In this document: piece after piece, positions 20,025 through 31,566 of the stretch
How the letters are laid out: each line of letters begins with the position of its first letter
Position numbering within the stretch: position 1 is the first letter of the stretch
DNA from: an uncultured delta proteobacterium
GTDB lineage: Bacteria; Desulfobacterota; Syntrophia; Syntrophales; UBA4778
NCBI GenBank assembly: GCA_963784735.1
Contig: CAWASK010000001.1
Location: 426,020 to 490,019 of the forward strand
Length of the DNA stretch: 64,000 bases
Direction: 5' to 3'
Position numbers and translations under genes: made by a program
The notes under the pieces: generated by a model
What the model saw: only the letters and a program-made list of their open reading frames with translations
Told to the model about the DNA's origin: nothing
Database searches by the model: none

Positions 20025-20207
20025 ATGAAGCGGGGCGGGGTTGTTGCCTTGATCGGGCTTTTAATATGGCTCCTGTTTACCTGGGCTTGTGTTTCTAACG
20101 GTTCGGTGGATGAAACGGCCCGGGAGGTCCTGACTGTGCGCCTTATCGGGTTTATCGTTGTAATTGCAATTGCATATTTTTTCTTTTTCAGGAACTTCAG
20201 GAAGTAG
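20025..20207 (+). CDS. small membrane protein (60 aa, two hydrophobic segments)
   Basis: AAAGGAGA ribosome-binding site 4 nt before the ATG at 20025. The stop is immediately followed by the HAD gene start. Confidence 0.45.
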   Translation: MKRGGVVALIGLLIWLLFTWACVSNGSVDETAREVLTVRLIGFIVVIAIAYFFFFRNFRK

Positions 20208-20804
20208 ATGATTAAAGCCGTGATTTTCGACCTCGGGGGGGTGCTGATTGATTTTCCCGTCCCGAAGATGATTGAATTCTGCGCCGCACACCTGGGCATA
20301 AGCAAAGGCCTGCTGGTCAGGGAGGCGAGGCGCTGGCGGGTGCCTTTCCAGGAAGGCTCCATGTCCGAAGAGGAACTGTGGCAAAGGGTCTGCGAAGGGA
20401 CGGGCGCGGCGAAGCCCCGGTCCCGCTCCCTGTGGGAGGACGCATTCAGGGCGTCCTACCGGGAGAAAGGGGAGGTCTTTTCCATCGTCGACAGTCTCAA
20501 GGCTCTCCGTTACAGGATAGGCCTGTTGTCCAACACCGAGCTGCCTTCCATCAGGTGCCTTGATTCGGGCAGGTACGATTTCGACGCGCTTGTGTATTCC
20601 TGCGTGGAGGGTGTGAGCAAACCCCGGCCGGAGATCTACCTGCTGGCGCTGGAGAGGCTCTCCGTGGCGCCCGGAGAAGCCGTATTTGTGGATGACCAGC
20701 TGGACAATATCGAGGCGGCCGGGAAACTAGGCATCCACACGGTCCTCTTCACCGGTGCAGACCAGCTCAGGGAGGCCCTCGTCCTTATCGGGGTGAATGC
20801 CTGA
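20208..20804 (+). CDS. HAD family hydrolase
   Basis: The N-terminal VIFDLGGVL motif (DxG variant of HAD motif I), SNT motif II and FVDD motif IV. Confidence 0.85.
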   Translation: MIKAVIFDLGGVLIDFPVPKMIEFCAAHLGISKGLLVREARRWRVPFQEGSMSEEELWQRVCEGTGAAKPRSRSLWEDAFRASYREKGEVFSIVDSLKALRYRIGLLSNTELPSIRCLDSGRYDFDALVYSCVEGVSKPRPEIYLLALERLSVAPGEAVFVDDQLDNIEAAGKLGIHTVLFTGADQLREALVLIGVNA

Positions 20805-21340
20805 TGAGAGCGGGCCGGTATTTTGTCGTCTTTGCCCTGCTTTGCGCCTGGCCGGCCCTGATCTTTGGCTGTTCCAGGCCTGCGCCAGAGCCCGATCCCC
20901 GCGCGGTCCTCACGGCCTACCTCGAGGCCGTTATCGAGGGGCGCACGGAAGATGCCGCTCAACATCTTGCCGCAGGCGCAAAGGGCCCCCCCGGCGGCAA
21001 ACAGGCAACGGGGTCTTTTGAGGAAAAAATGGTACGCCGGGCGCTGGCTTCGCACGTGTCGTTCGAGATCCTGAAAGTCGACACGGTGAGCGGGCAGGCG
21101 CGGGTGAAAATAACCTCCCCGGATTTCAGCAGGATAGCCGCCGACATATCAGGGCAGCTCAAGGGCGCTGATTTTCCGCGGGACGGGCTCGAGGCGCTGG
21201 AATATACGGCCCGGCTCGTGAACAGGACCGTCAACACTTACAAGAGCCGGGGAATCCCGATGAGTGCCTCTGTCAGGGACTTCCAGCTCACCAGGGAGGG
21301 CGGGACGTGGAAAATTGCAGGCGGTGAGACAAATGGCTAA
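20804..21340 (+). CDS. hypothetical lipoprotein
   Basis: Signal peptide with the lipobox LIFGCS in a 178-aa ORF. No family recognised. Confidence 0.6.
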   Translation: MRAGRYFVVFALLCAWPALIFGCSRPAPEPDPRAVLTAYLEAVIEGRTEDAAQHLAAGAKGPPGGKQATGSFEEKMVRRALASHVSFEILKVDTVSGQARVKITSPDFSRIAADISGQLKGADFPRDGLEALEYTARLVNRTVNTYKSRGIPMSASVRDFQLTREGGTWKIAGGETNG

Positions 21341-21467
21341 AGGGAAAACGACCAACCGCCAGAAGGACATATCAAGGCTGTTGAGAGACACGAACCGGCT
21401 CCGCAGGGAAAAGGCTGGCGGCGCCGGACCTAAAGATAAGCGTAAAGGAGGAAAAGGAAATGGCTAA
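21333..21467 (+). CDS. possible small highly basic protein (44 aa)
   Basis: ATG-initiated Lys/Arg-rich ORF that bridges the upstream stop and the downstream start. Support is weak: ORF and composition only. Confidence 0.25.
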   Translation: MAKGKTTNRQKDISRLLRDTNRLRREKAGGAGPKDKRKGGKGNG

Positions 21468-21987
21468 GGATGAAAGGATTGATTCACTGGAGCTGGCTTT
21501 GAAAAATGAGGCGACTGAACGCAAGTTTTATCTCGACCACGCGCAAAGGACAGACAACGCCCTGGGGAAGGCGATGTTCCTCGAGATAGCTGACGACGAG
21601 CTCGAACATTTTCAGCGCTTGAAGGAGCTTCACGCAGTCTGGGCCGAAAAAGGCAAATGGCCCGAGACGGTCCCCCTGAAGGTGAAAAAGACGAAGGTCC
21701 GCGGCATTATCGGGCAGCATGCCGGGAAACCCGCGCCCGCCGCCTCGCCTTCCAACGCCGACGACCTGAAGGCGGTCCAGATAGCCATAGAATTTGAGGC
21801 AAACGGGGCATCTTTCTATGCTTCCCTGCGCGACAGGTCGACCGACCCGAAGGAGAGGGATTTTTTCAACCTGCTCGCCGATATCGAACATGAACATTAT
21901 ATTTCGCTGCGCGACGTGGAAGAGTACCTCAAGGACCCGGAAGGCTGGTTCAGGCGCACCGAGCGCCATTCACTGGACGGAGCGTAA
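21460..21987 (+). CDS. ferritin-like / rubrerythrin family protein (no rubredoxin domain)
   Basis: Two E...ExxH diiron half-sites (ADDELEHF and ADIEHEHY). AGGAGG ribosome-binding site. Confidence 0.8.
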   Translation: MAKDERIDSLELALKNEATERKFYLDHAQRTDNALGKAMFLEIADDELEHFQRLKELHAVWAEKGKWPETVPLKVKKTKVRGIIGQHAGKPAPAASPSNADDLKAVQIAIEFEANGASFYASLRDRSTDPKERDFFNLLADIEHEHYISLRDVEEYLKDPEGWFRRTERHSLDGA

Positions 21988-21998
21988 GAGGGGAAGCC

Positions 21999-22838
21999 AT
22001 GAGCGATGTCTGGAGCTATCTCTGGCTCGTGATCATCCTGTTTTCGCTGATGCCTTTTCTCCAGCAGAGGGTCCTGCATGCGAAAAGGCTAGCGGTGATG
22101 AAGCGGCTCGAAACGAGCCGCAAATCGCGGGTCATCACCCTCATCCACCGGCAGGAGACCATGAAGCTGCTGGGGTTCCCCCTGATGAGGTACATAGATA
22201 TAAACGACTCGGAGCTGATCCTCAGGGTCATCAGGATGACCCCGGACGATATGCCAATCGACCTGGTTGTCCATACTCCCGGGGGGCTGGTGCTCTCGAC
22301 CGAGCAGATCGCGCTCGCCCTCAAGAGGCACAAGGCCAAGGTCACGATCTTTGTCCCCCATTACGCAATGTCGGGCGGGACCCTCATATGCCTGGCGGCC
22401 GACGAGGTCATCATGGACGAAAACGCGGTGCTCGGCCCCGTGGACCCGCAGCTGGGCGAGTACCCCGCGGCATCCATAATGAGGACCATCCAGAGGAAGG
22501 AAGCCAAGGACGTGGAGGACAAGACCTTCATCCTGGCCGACATAGCCGAGAAGGCGCTGGCGCAGATGAAGGCTTTCGTCAAGGAGATCGTCATCGAAAA
22601 CATGGACGAGGAAACGGCGGAGCGAGTCGCGACGGTCCTCACCGAGGGCCGCTGGACGCACGACTACCCGATCACCTTCGAGGAGGCCCGCAGCCTCGGC
22701 CTCAAGGTCTCCCTGGGGCTCCCCGAAGAGATCTACGAGCTGATGGACCTGTTCCCCCAGGCCCAGCCGCAGCGCCCGTCGGTGCAGTACATCCCGATCC
22801 CTTACAAATCATCTGACCAGAAAGAGAAAAACAAGTAG
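21999..22838 (+). CDS. SDH family Clp-fold serine protease (SppA/ClpP-like, N-terminal TM anchor)
   Basis: 279-aa ORF with the blocks HTPGGLV and YAMSGGTLICLAADEVIM, typical of the membrane-anchored Clp-fold 'SDH' family. Confidence 0.75.
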   Translation: MSDVWSYLWLVIILFSLMPFLQQRVLHAKRLAVMKRLETSRKSRVITLIHRQETMKLLGFPLMRYIDINDSELILRVIRMTPDDMPIDLVVHTPGGLVLSTEQIALALKRHKAKVTIFVPHYAMSGGTLICLAADEVIMDENAVLGPVDPQLGEYPAASIMRTIQRKEAKDVEDKTFILADIAEKALAQMKAFVKEIVIENMDEETAERVATVLTEGRWTHDYPITFEEARSLGLKVSLGLPEEIYELMDLFPQAQPQRPSVQYIPIPYKSSDQKEKNK

Positions 22839-22875
22839 CCCAAAAAATAAGGTAAATTATCTGTGATATTTTTAC

Positions 22876-22899
22876 GTAGGGGCGACCGGCCGGTCGCCC
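22876..22899 (+). repeat. GTAG-headed REP-like hairpin (GTAGGGGCGACCGG/CCGGTCGCCC); may also act as a terminator for the protease gene
   Basis: Perfect 10-bp GC-rich palindrome preceded by GTAG, 38 nt after the stop codon. There is no real U-tract. Confidence 0.5.
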
Positions 22900-23018
22900 T
22901 TCCTGTATCCAATTCAACCGGCACTCCCGCCGCCCCGGCCTCTGTGCGGCCCAAGTTTTCCTCGACTTGATTTTTGAAATAATATACTCTTTGGACAAAT
23001 TTCAGAGAAGATAAAGGC

Positions 23019-24410
23019 ATGATTTTTCAGGAAAGTGGCAGGAAAGAGCGCAGGGTCGGCAAACCCGCCCCGGTGCTCAATTATAACCTGTTCCGGTATA
23101 GAAGGGCTGTTTTGTCGCTGCACGGCAAGGTCTCCGCTTTTGCGGTCAGCGACAGGTTCTTCCAGGAATACGAGCTGGCGCTGTGCGAGTATTTCGAATG
23201 GCGGGACATAATAATCGGCGACGATGATTTTTCCGATGACCTCTTCCAGGGCGAGGGGGAGATATCCCGATTCCTGGCCTGGTACTCGCTTTACTTCATT
23301 ACCGATGAGCACAAAAAGACCTTCCCGGAGCTGTTTGCCGCGCTGAGGCGCAGGAAGCTCTCCCAGCTCGAAAGGGAGATCCTGGACAGCTATGCCCATA
23401 ACCCTCTCGGATTCTATGAAGTCAAGAAGGTGGTCCCGGGCAGGGGGATGTACCTCAGGGAGCTTTTCGGGGGCGAGACCCGTTTCGTGCACGACCCGGC
23501 GGCTTCGCAAGCGGTTTTCACGTGGGACATCCTGTTCACCGGCATCGTCGGGGCCAGGGGGTTGTTCTTCCTCAGCGATTTCGGGATGATCGTGATCCCG
23601 CCGCGCCTCAAGGCGATCGTGGAGGGGGGTATCTGCTCGATTTACCGGACCCAGAGGAAGAACAGCAAGGAGATACGGCAGCTGCTCCGCTACAAGTCGG
23701 CCGAGGTGTTTGCCTTTGTCCAGAACGTGATCGAGGACTACGAGAGCTTCCACGTGAAGAACTCGGAGGGCGACCCGCTGCTCTTTTCGACCCTGCACTG
23801 CAAAATCGAAGACCCCGGCGCCTTCCTGGAGACCATCAAAAAGACCTCCATTTTCATCCAGGACCACATTGAGTACTCGGCCACGGGGGATTTGACCAGG
23901 GCGGACTACATCTGGGTGAAGAAGGACAGGAAAAAAAACCGCTCCTGGGAGAGCGCGACCCAGGGGATCATTTTGGTGGAAGGGGACCGCTTGAGGGCAA
24001 AGTGCAACTCGCGCTTCCGGGCCGAGAAGCTCAAGGCGATCCTCGCAGGCGTCTTCGGGAAATCCCTGAGCTATGAATGCACTGTATTCGAGGACCAGCA
24101 ATTCGCCCCGGCGGAGCCGCAGGCGCCGATCTTCGACGAGGAGCTCCTGGAGTGCGGCGAATTGCGGGACGTCCTGAAAGAGATCCTGGCCAGGCATTAT
24201 GACAAGTGGACTGACGAAAGGCTCCCCGCCATAGGGAACATTTCCCCCCGGGAGGCGGTCAAATCGCCCCTGGGGAGGCTGCGCGTGAACGACCTCCTCA
24301 AGGAGCTCGAGAACCGCAACGAGCGGGCAGTGCGCAGGGGCTCGAAAACCGCCGGCCTGATGGCCTTTCCTGTCCAGCGGATCAGGGAAAAACTCAATTT
24401 GAGGGATTAG
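23019..24410 (+). CDS. hypothetical protein (463 aa) with a C-terminal DUF2384/Xre-MbcA-ParS-like helical motif
   Basis: Intact ORF with normal composition; the 508-aa antisense ORF is Arg/Pro/Gly-rich shadow. The C-terminal W-x5-LPAIGNISPREAV-x-SPLGR-x5-LLKELE resembles the W...PALGG.TP...G...V..LL motif. The middle region resembles uncharacterised SEC-C-associated proteins (from memory). Confidence 0.7.
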   Translation: MIFQESGRKERRVGKPAPVLNYNLFRYRRAVLSLHGKVSAFAVSDRFFQEYELALCEYFEWRDIIIGDDDFSDDLFQGEGEISRFLAWYSLYFITDEHKKTFPELFAALRRRKLSQLEREILDSYAHNPLGFYEVKKVVPGRGMYLRELFGGETRFVHDPAASQAVFTWDILFTGIVGARGLFFLSDFGMIVIPPRLKAIVEGGICSIYRTQRKNSKEIRQLLRYKSAEVFAFVQNVIEDYESFHVKNSEGDPLLFSTLHCKIEDPGAFLETIKKTSIFIQDHIEYSATGDLTRADYIWVKKDRKKNRSWESATQGIILVEGDRLRAKCNSRFRAEKLKAILAGVFGKSLSYECTVFEDQQFAPAEPQAPIFDEELLECGELRDVLKEILARHYDKWTDERLPAIGNISPREAVKSPLGRLRVNDLLKELENRNERAVRRGSKTAGLMAFPVQRIREKLNLRD

Positions 24411-24415
24411 GGGCC

Positions 24416-24997
24416 TTGAAGAGCAAACAGATCGAGACATATTACGACAGCGGAGCCGTCAAGGAAAAAAAGATATACGTCAATGGCAAGCTGGAAGGCG
24501 AATACGTGTCCTTTTTCGAAAACGGGTCGCCCATGGTCAGGGTCAATTATGTCAACAGCATGAAAGAGGGAGAGGCGTTTTCGTATTACCGCAGCGGTAA
24601 CGTGCGCGAACACGCCTTTTTCGCGAAGGACAGGCTCACCGGCGAGTACCAATCCTTTTACGACAACGGGCAGCTCAAGGAAGAAGAGAGCTACAAAGAC
24701 GGCAAGCTCCACGGGAAATACACCCTTTACCTCAAGAACGGCCAGGTGAAAGAGGAGGAGAATTTCAGCGAAGGCAAATTCCACGGCGACTACACTTCCT
24801 ACTTCAAGACGGGCGAAGTGCGGGAAAAAGGCACGTTCGTCAATGACAGGCGCGAGGGCGATTTCGTGCTCTTCTACAAGACAGGCACGGTCCGGGCGAG
24901 GTGCAGCTACACCGGCGGGAAGCTCGAGGGCGAATATGTCTGCTATGACCGGCAGGGCAAAAAGATTAAGGGAAGACTGCGACACGGAAGCGCTTGA
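24416..24997 (+). CDS. MORN-repeat-variant protein (YwqK family)
   Basis: About 8 tandem repeats of about 23 aa of the form Y..NG.l.eE..Y.dGKLeGey. TTG start 5 nt after the upstream stop. Confidence 0.8.
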   Translation: MKSKQIETYYDSGAVKEKKIYVNGKLEGEYVSFFENGSPMVRVNYVNSMKEGEAFSYYRSGNVREHAFFAKDRLTGEYQSFYDNGQLKEEESYKDGKLHGKYTLYLKNGQVKEEENFSEGKFHGDYTSYFKTGEVREKGTFVNDRREGDFVLFYKTGTVRARCSYTGGKLEGEYVCYDRQGKKIKGRLRHGSA

Positions 24998-25074
24998 AGA
25001 GGAAGCCGGGGACGACAGCGTGTTTGACGACCTGCTGAGCAAATTGAGCGTAAGCGAGGAAAAGAGGGCGGAAG

Positions 25075-25928
25075 ATGACTAGAGAGCTTAGTTGCAACAA
25101 CCTGCTTCTCCCCACCGACGGGTCGGACTACAGCAGGGCCGCGGCGGCTTACGGCATTTACGTGGCGAAAAAGATCAGCTGCAGGATTACGGCCCTGCAC
25201 GTCATGGACGTCAAGATCATCCAGGGGCCGCTGTTCAGCGACGTGGCGTTTTACAGCGGGCTGCCGGTCTATTATGAATTCCTGCCGAAAATAGAAGAGG
25301 CCCTGAACAAGAGGGCCGACTCAATCCTGGAGGAGGTGAGGAAGAGGGGGAAAAGTCCGGTGTCCTGGTCGAGGTCAGGAAGATCGAGGGCATAATAGAA
25401 GACACGATAATCCGCGAGGGAGAAAAATTTGATATGATCGTCCTCGCCAGGAGGGGCGAGCATTTTCATTTCAATGCGGGCGGGCTCCTCGGATCGACGG
25501 CCGAGTCGGTTGTGCGCCGGTCGAAAAGGCCCGTCCTGATCACCCCCGCCGATTTCAAGGAAATTGAAAGCATCGGCCTGGCCTATGACGGGAGCGGCCC
25601 GGCATCCAGCGCCCTGAAAATAGCCGCCGAGCTTTCGGAGACGGCGCGCTGGCCCATAACGACCATCATTGTCAGCGAGGACTCGGCCAATGCCGCCGAC
25701 CTTGCCAGGAGGGTCGATGAATTCCTGGAGGACTACGATGTTGACAACGAGACCCTCATCCTGAGGGGCCGGGAAGACAAGGAAATCCTCCGGTTTATAA
25801 AGGAGGGCGCCGTCGAGATGATGGTCATGGGCGCCTACGGTCGCGGCCGGCTCAAGGAGTTCTTCCTGGGCAGCACGACATCGAATGTCATCCGCAGCAG
25901 CGACATCCCGGTGCTGCTGATGCACTAA
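25075..25928 (+). CDS. tandem universal stress protein (UspA family; 1 apparent frameshift in AGGGGGAAAAG near 25350)
   Basis: Two Usp domains. The second ends with the typical GAYGRGRLKEFFLGSTTSNVIRSSDIPVLL block. Confidence 0.8.
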
Positions 25929-25957
25929 ATGTTATCCTCACCTTCGGAGGGAATTGC

Positions 25958-26419
25958 ATGGGAGAAATAGTCCATACTTCGCGTATCAAGATCGTGCGGG
26001 AGACGGGACCCACCCGTCGGGCTTTGATTGAAGGTTTCTCGGAGCCCGTTTACTACGGCGTTCATGGAGGCATTAGGAAATTTTACAAGGTCGATCCGGA
26101 GAAAGAGCATGCGGCAACGCTTGATCACATCGTCGCCGCGACGGCCGGGTGAATGATGGGTACACTGGCCACGTTGCTGGCCGGAAAAAAGATCCCGACG
26201 CCTGAGACCCTTTTCTGGGCAGATGTAGAAGGGGACATCGAGAACGTGAACGGCGTCCTCAAGATCACGACCATCCGGGTGAAAATGCACCTCAAGTGCC
26301 CGGAAGAGAAAGCGGCTGATGCGAAGGAAGCATTTGCCTCCTATATTTCCAAATGCCCGGCAGCACAAAGCGTCAAAGACTGCATCAAGCTGGAGGATGA
26401 ACTGGTCTTGGAGAAATAG
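25958..26419 (+). CDS. OsmC/YhfA-like peroxiredoxin-fold protein with an in-frame UGA (26150-26152): candidate selenoprotein
   Basis: ORFs 25958-26152 and 26153-26419 are in the same frame, separated only by TGA. The TGA sits in AATAG-[TGA]-MMGTLA, where the family has its first conserved Cys. The second conserved Cys (KCPAAQSV) is present. Confidence 0.65.
26165..26184 (+). promoter_or_regulatory. candidate bacterial SECIS hairpin
   Basis: CUGGCCA-CGUUGC-UGGCCGG forms a 7-bp stem (one G-U pair) with a 6-nt loop containing GU. The stem begins 12 nt after the UGA and the loop 19 nt after it. Confidence 0.4.
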
Positions 26420-26488
26420 GGGGGAAGATGTGATCGTCCCCGGCTGAGTATAAACGGCGGGTGATGCCCTGACCGAGCTGCGCCGGCG

Positions 26489-28357
26489 TCAATCCGCCCT
26501 GCTGCGTTCGGTTTTGTCTTTGATCAAGTGAACCGTGCCTGATACCTGGTTGCCGGAATCAAATATCGGCGCGCATGTTACCAGCAGATATTTGCCGAGG
26601 CGCGGCTCCCAGAATTCTCTCGAAACAGGCATTTTGTTTTCTATGGACTGTCTTTGCGGGCACATTTCGTGGGGCTCGGGAGACCCGTGAACCAGTTCAT
26701 GGCATTTCTTCCCGATAAATGCCTGCTCCCCCAGCTTTTCGGAGAATGCCCTGTTCGCCCTCACGACCCGAAACTCCCTGTCGTGGATGGATATCGGGTC
26801 ACTGATCGAGTTAAAGGTGTCCTCCCATTCCCGGGAAGTCTGCAATATCCTCTCTTCAGCCTGTCTGTACTCCGTTATATCCTGAATGGTCCCGAACCCT
26901 GATGCCGGCGCCCCGCTTGAGTTGAAATCGAATTCGGCCCGCTGCCGGACCCATCGGGTGTCCCCGCCGGCCAGGATACGGTGCTCTATGTCGTATGGAT
27001 TGCCTCTCAGGGCTGCAGTCCATTTTTGTTCCACGTATTCCGTGTCCTCGGGGTGGACGCAGGCCAGAAAGTGTTCATATGTCATCGGCCTTCCCTGGGG
27101 GATTCCGAAAATTCGATATGTTTCATCGGACCAGTGGAGCTCGTTGCGGTTAATATTCAAACGCCAACTGCCGGTCTTCGCTACAGCCTGGGCCCGGTTC
27201 AGGTCTTCGCGGCTTTCCTTCAGGGAGGCCGTCAGGGCATCGCGCTGGACCAGTGCCTGGGCCAGCCTGATATTGCCGTAGCTCAGCTTCGAAATCATCC
27301 CGGCAAACTTGATGAACAGGCTCATGGCGGTGTCCAGGGTCTGCCTGCTCAGCTGTGGAACCGCCTCCAGCGCTTTGATGTAAACTTCCTCGTCAAAGCC
27401 GTATTGCCGTGCCTGTGAGCGGAACAGCTCGTAATCGAGGGGCTCGTCTTCAAAGAAAAACTGGCCGGAAAAAATATTCCCGAATTGACGGTCTCCGATC
27501 ATAAGCGGGGTTGCTATGTCCCACATGTTGTTCCTGCATTTGTACAGGCGGCACTCACCGGGCCGGATCCCCGCCGAAAGGATTGTATCGCTTTCGACGC
27601 AGTGCCTGCCTGTTGCAGGGTTTACCCGGTGGAACTTTGTGCAGATCTCCTGCCACCCCACACCGACCAGGACGTTGCCTTTCAGGTCTATGATGCTCAT
27701 CGGGATGTGGGCCAGGCTATAAAAATCATCCATGAAAGACTGAATTGAAGGGACGTCGATTATATCGCCAAGATCAAGCTTTCCCACATCCCCCGCAGGG
27801 GAAAGAATGCTGTCGAGCTTCGCCCTGACCCGTTCTTCTCTTTGAGCAAGGGCATCCTGGGCCCTTTTGCGCTCTGCGATTTCCTCCTGCAGCCGCGCCG
27901 TGCGTTCCCGCACCCGGGATTCCAGCTGCTGAAGGAGCATATCCCTTTCCGTTTCCGCCTCGCTGCGCTTTTTCCGCTCCTCTTTCTCCTTCCATGCCCT
28001 TTCGACCGCAGGGACAAGGCGCGAGATACGGTTTTTCATCACATAGTCCGTTGCCCCCCCTGTAAGTATTTCGATAGCCCGTTCTTCCCCCATGGCCCCG
28101 GTGAACAGGATGAACGGCAAGTCTGGGCATATTTCCCTGGCAATCTTCTGGGCCATGGCCCCGTTAAACTGGGGCAAATCATAATCGGAAATGATGATAT
28201 CGGGTGAGAATTGTTTAAGGGCATCCCGGTATTCCTGCTCCGTTTCGACCACCTTGGAGCAGAAATCTATACCCGCCGACCTCAATGTATATTCCGCCAG
28301 TTCCGCGTCCGCCGGTACATCTTCAACGATCAATATTCTTTTTTCAGGTACAGTCAT
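26489..28357 (-). CDS. response-regulator receiver protein with coiled coil, PocR-like sensory domain and two PAS domains (no recognisable output domain)
   Basis: Intact 622-aa ORF. The N-terminal REC domain has ILIVEDVPADAE...DIIISDYDLP. There is a PocR-like Cys-containing region and PAS blocks (GSWRLNINRNELHWSDETYRIFG). Confidence 0.8.
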   Translation of the reverse strand: MTVPEKRILIVEDVPADAELAEYTLRSAGIDFCSKVVETEQEYRDALKQFSPDIIISDYDLPQFNGAMAQKIAREICPDLPFILFTGAMGEERAIEILTGGATDYVMKNRISRLVPAVERAWKEKEERKKRSEAETERDMLLQQLESRVRERTARLQEEIAERKRAQDALAQREERVRAKLDSILSPAGDVGKLDLGDIIDVPSIQSFMDDFYSLAHIPMSIIDLKGNVLVGVGWQEICTKFHRVNPATGRHCVESDTILSAGIRPGECRLYKCRNNMWDIATPLMIGDRQFGNIFSGQFFFEDEPLDYELFRSQARQYGFDEEVYIKALEAVPQLSRQTLDTAMSLFIKFAGMISKLSYGNIRLAQALVQRDALTASLKESREDLNRAQAVAKTGSWRLNINRNELHWSDETYRIFGIPQGRPMTYEHFLACVHPEDTEYVEQKWTAALRGNPYDIEHRILAGGDTRWVRQRAEFDFNSSGAPASGFGTIQDITEYRQAEERILQTSREWEDTFNSISDPISIHDREFRVVRANRAFSEKLGEQAFIGKKCHELVHGSPEPHEMCPQRQSIENKMPVSREFWEPRLGKYLLVTCAPIFDSGNQVSGTVHLIKDKTERSRAD

Positions 28358-28631
28358 TTTTTACCTGTTTCGTTGATGAATTTAAGAAACTCTGCTTATT
28401 TTTATAAACTGGAATTCACACTTCCCGCAATCAGGAAATTCCTGAAAAAGCGAAGAAAAATAACTAAAGGTAACTGACTGTGCAGGATGGCTGAAGGCAG
28501 GGGGATTTTGAAAAACCTGGCCCCGGGATAAAACGGACAATGCAGGCTGCAGGAGGCCCTCATTTTGAGCTCCAGATTCCGGTCAGGGATTCCGGCGCGT
28601 CACATAAATGGGAGCAGAAAAAGTTCAGAGA

Positions 28632-29421
28632 TCAGCGGGTTTTTTTGTTCCCGTGCAGGAATTTGACAAGGTTCCTGTCCAGTTCGGACAGGACGTCATG
28701 GCGGGTGAGGTCGTAATATATCGGGGTGACGGAAATCATGCCTTTTTTGAGGGCCGTGCAGTCCGACTCGCCCTCTTCGGTTTCGCAGAACTGCCGTCTC
28801 CCCGCCCATCCAGTAATAGACGTTTTCCCGCGGGTCAAGCCTCCTCTCGAAGGACTCGACCAGCTTGCCCCGGCTCTGCTTGACCACCATGACCCCGCGT
28901 ATTTCATCTTCCGGCAGGGCAGGGACGTTGATGTTCAGGGGGATGACTCCCGGCATGTTTTTGCCGGCGATGAACCGGGCCATTCTTGCCGCGAACCGGG
29001 CCGCGACACTGAAATCCGCATCCTTGTCATGGCTGTCCAGGGAAATGGCCATCGAAGGTATGCCCATGATCGCCCCTTCCGTCGCGGCCGAAACAGTCCC
29101 CGAGTAAATGACATTTGTCCCGACATTCGCCCCCCGGTTGATGCCGGACACCACAAGGTCTATGTCCTCGCCGACAGCTCGATCATGCCTATTTTGACGC
29201 AGTCGGCCGGTGTTCCGGAGACCGCATAGCCGAAAACTACCCCCGTTTCTCCTGGCTTGCGCGACCATGAGGGGCCGGGAAATGCTGATGGCGTGCCCGA
29301 TAGCGCTCTGCTCGGTCTCCGGGCGCGACGACAATGCAATCGGCTATCTTGGACAGTTCCTCGTAAAGGGCAAAAAGCCTTTGGCGTAGATGCCGTCATC
29401 ATTGGTAAGGAGAAATCTCAT
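28632..29421 (-). CDS. surE: 5'/3'-nucleotidase SurE (at least 3 apparent frameshifts)
   Basis: N-terminal MRFLLTNDDGIYA, then SGINRGANVGTNVIYSGTVSAATEG, and the C-terminal GMISVTPI block. These are spread over three frames. Confidence 0.8.
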
Positions 29422-29540
29422 TTGGTTTTTTGTTCCTTATTGTCCCCCCAGCGAGGGAAGTCATAAAAATTATGTTATTTCTAAGCAGTTTAAAAAAAAA
29501 ATACGCGTAGTTTAATCAATACCTGCCAAGCAATACTGCA

Positions 29541-29569
29541 AATGAAAAGGGGGCGCGAAAAGCGCCCCC
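29541..29569 (-). terminator. rho-independent terminator downstream of dnaK
   Basis: On the - strand, the GGGGGCGC-UUUUC-GCGCCCCC hairpin is followed by UUUUCAUU, about 30 nt after the dnaK stop. Confidence 0.6.
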
Positions 29570-29598
29570 TCCCTGTATATTTAAGTTGACGCTATCCG

Positions 29599-31549
<1,951 letters not shown>

Positions 31550-31566
31550 TTAAATTATTATTGTTT

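Noticed and set aside
25958-26419. Treating 25958-26152 and 26153-26419 as two separate small genes, or as a truncated OsmC pseudogene.
   Set aside because: Both parts are halves of one OsmC fold in the same frame, and the stop replaces the conserved Cys codon. A SECIS-like hairpin follows. Sec recoding is therefore the better hypothesis (see findings).
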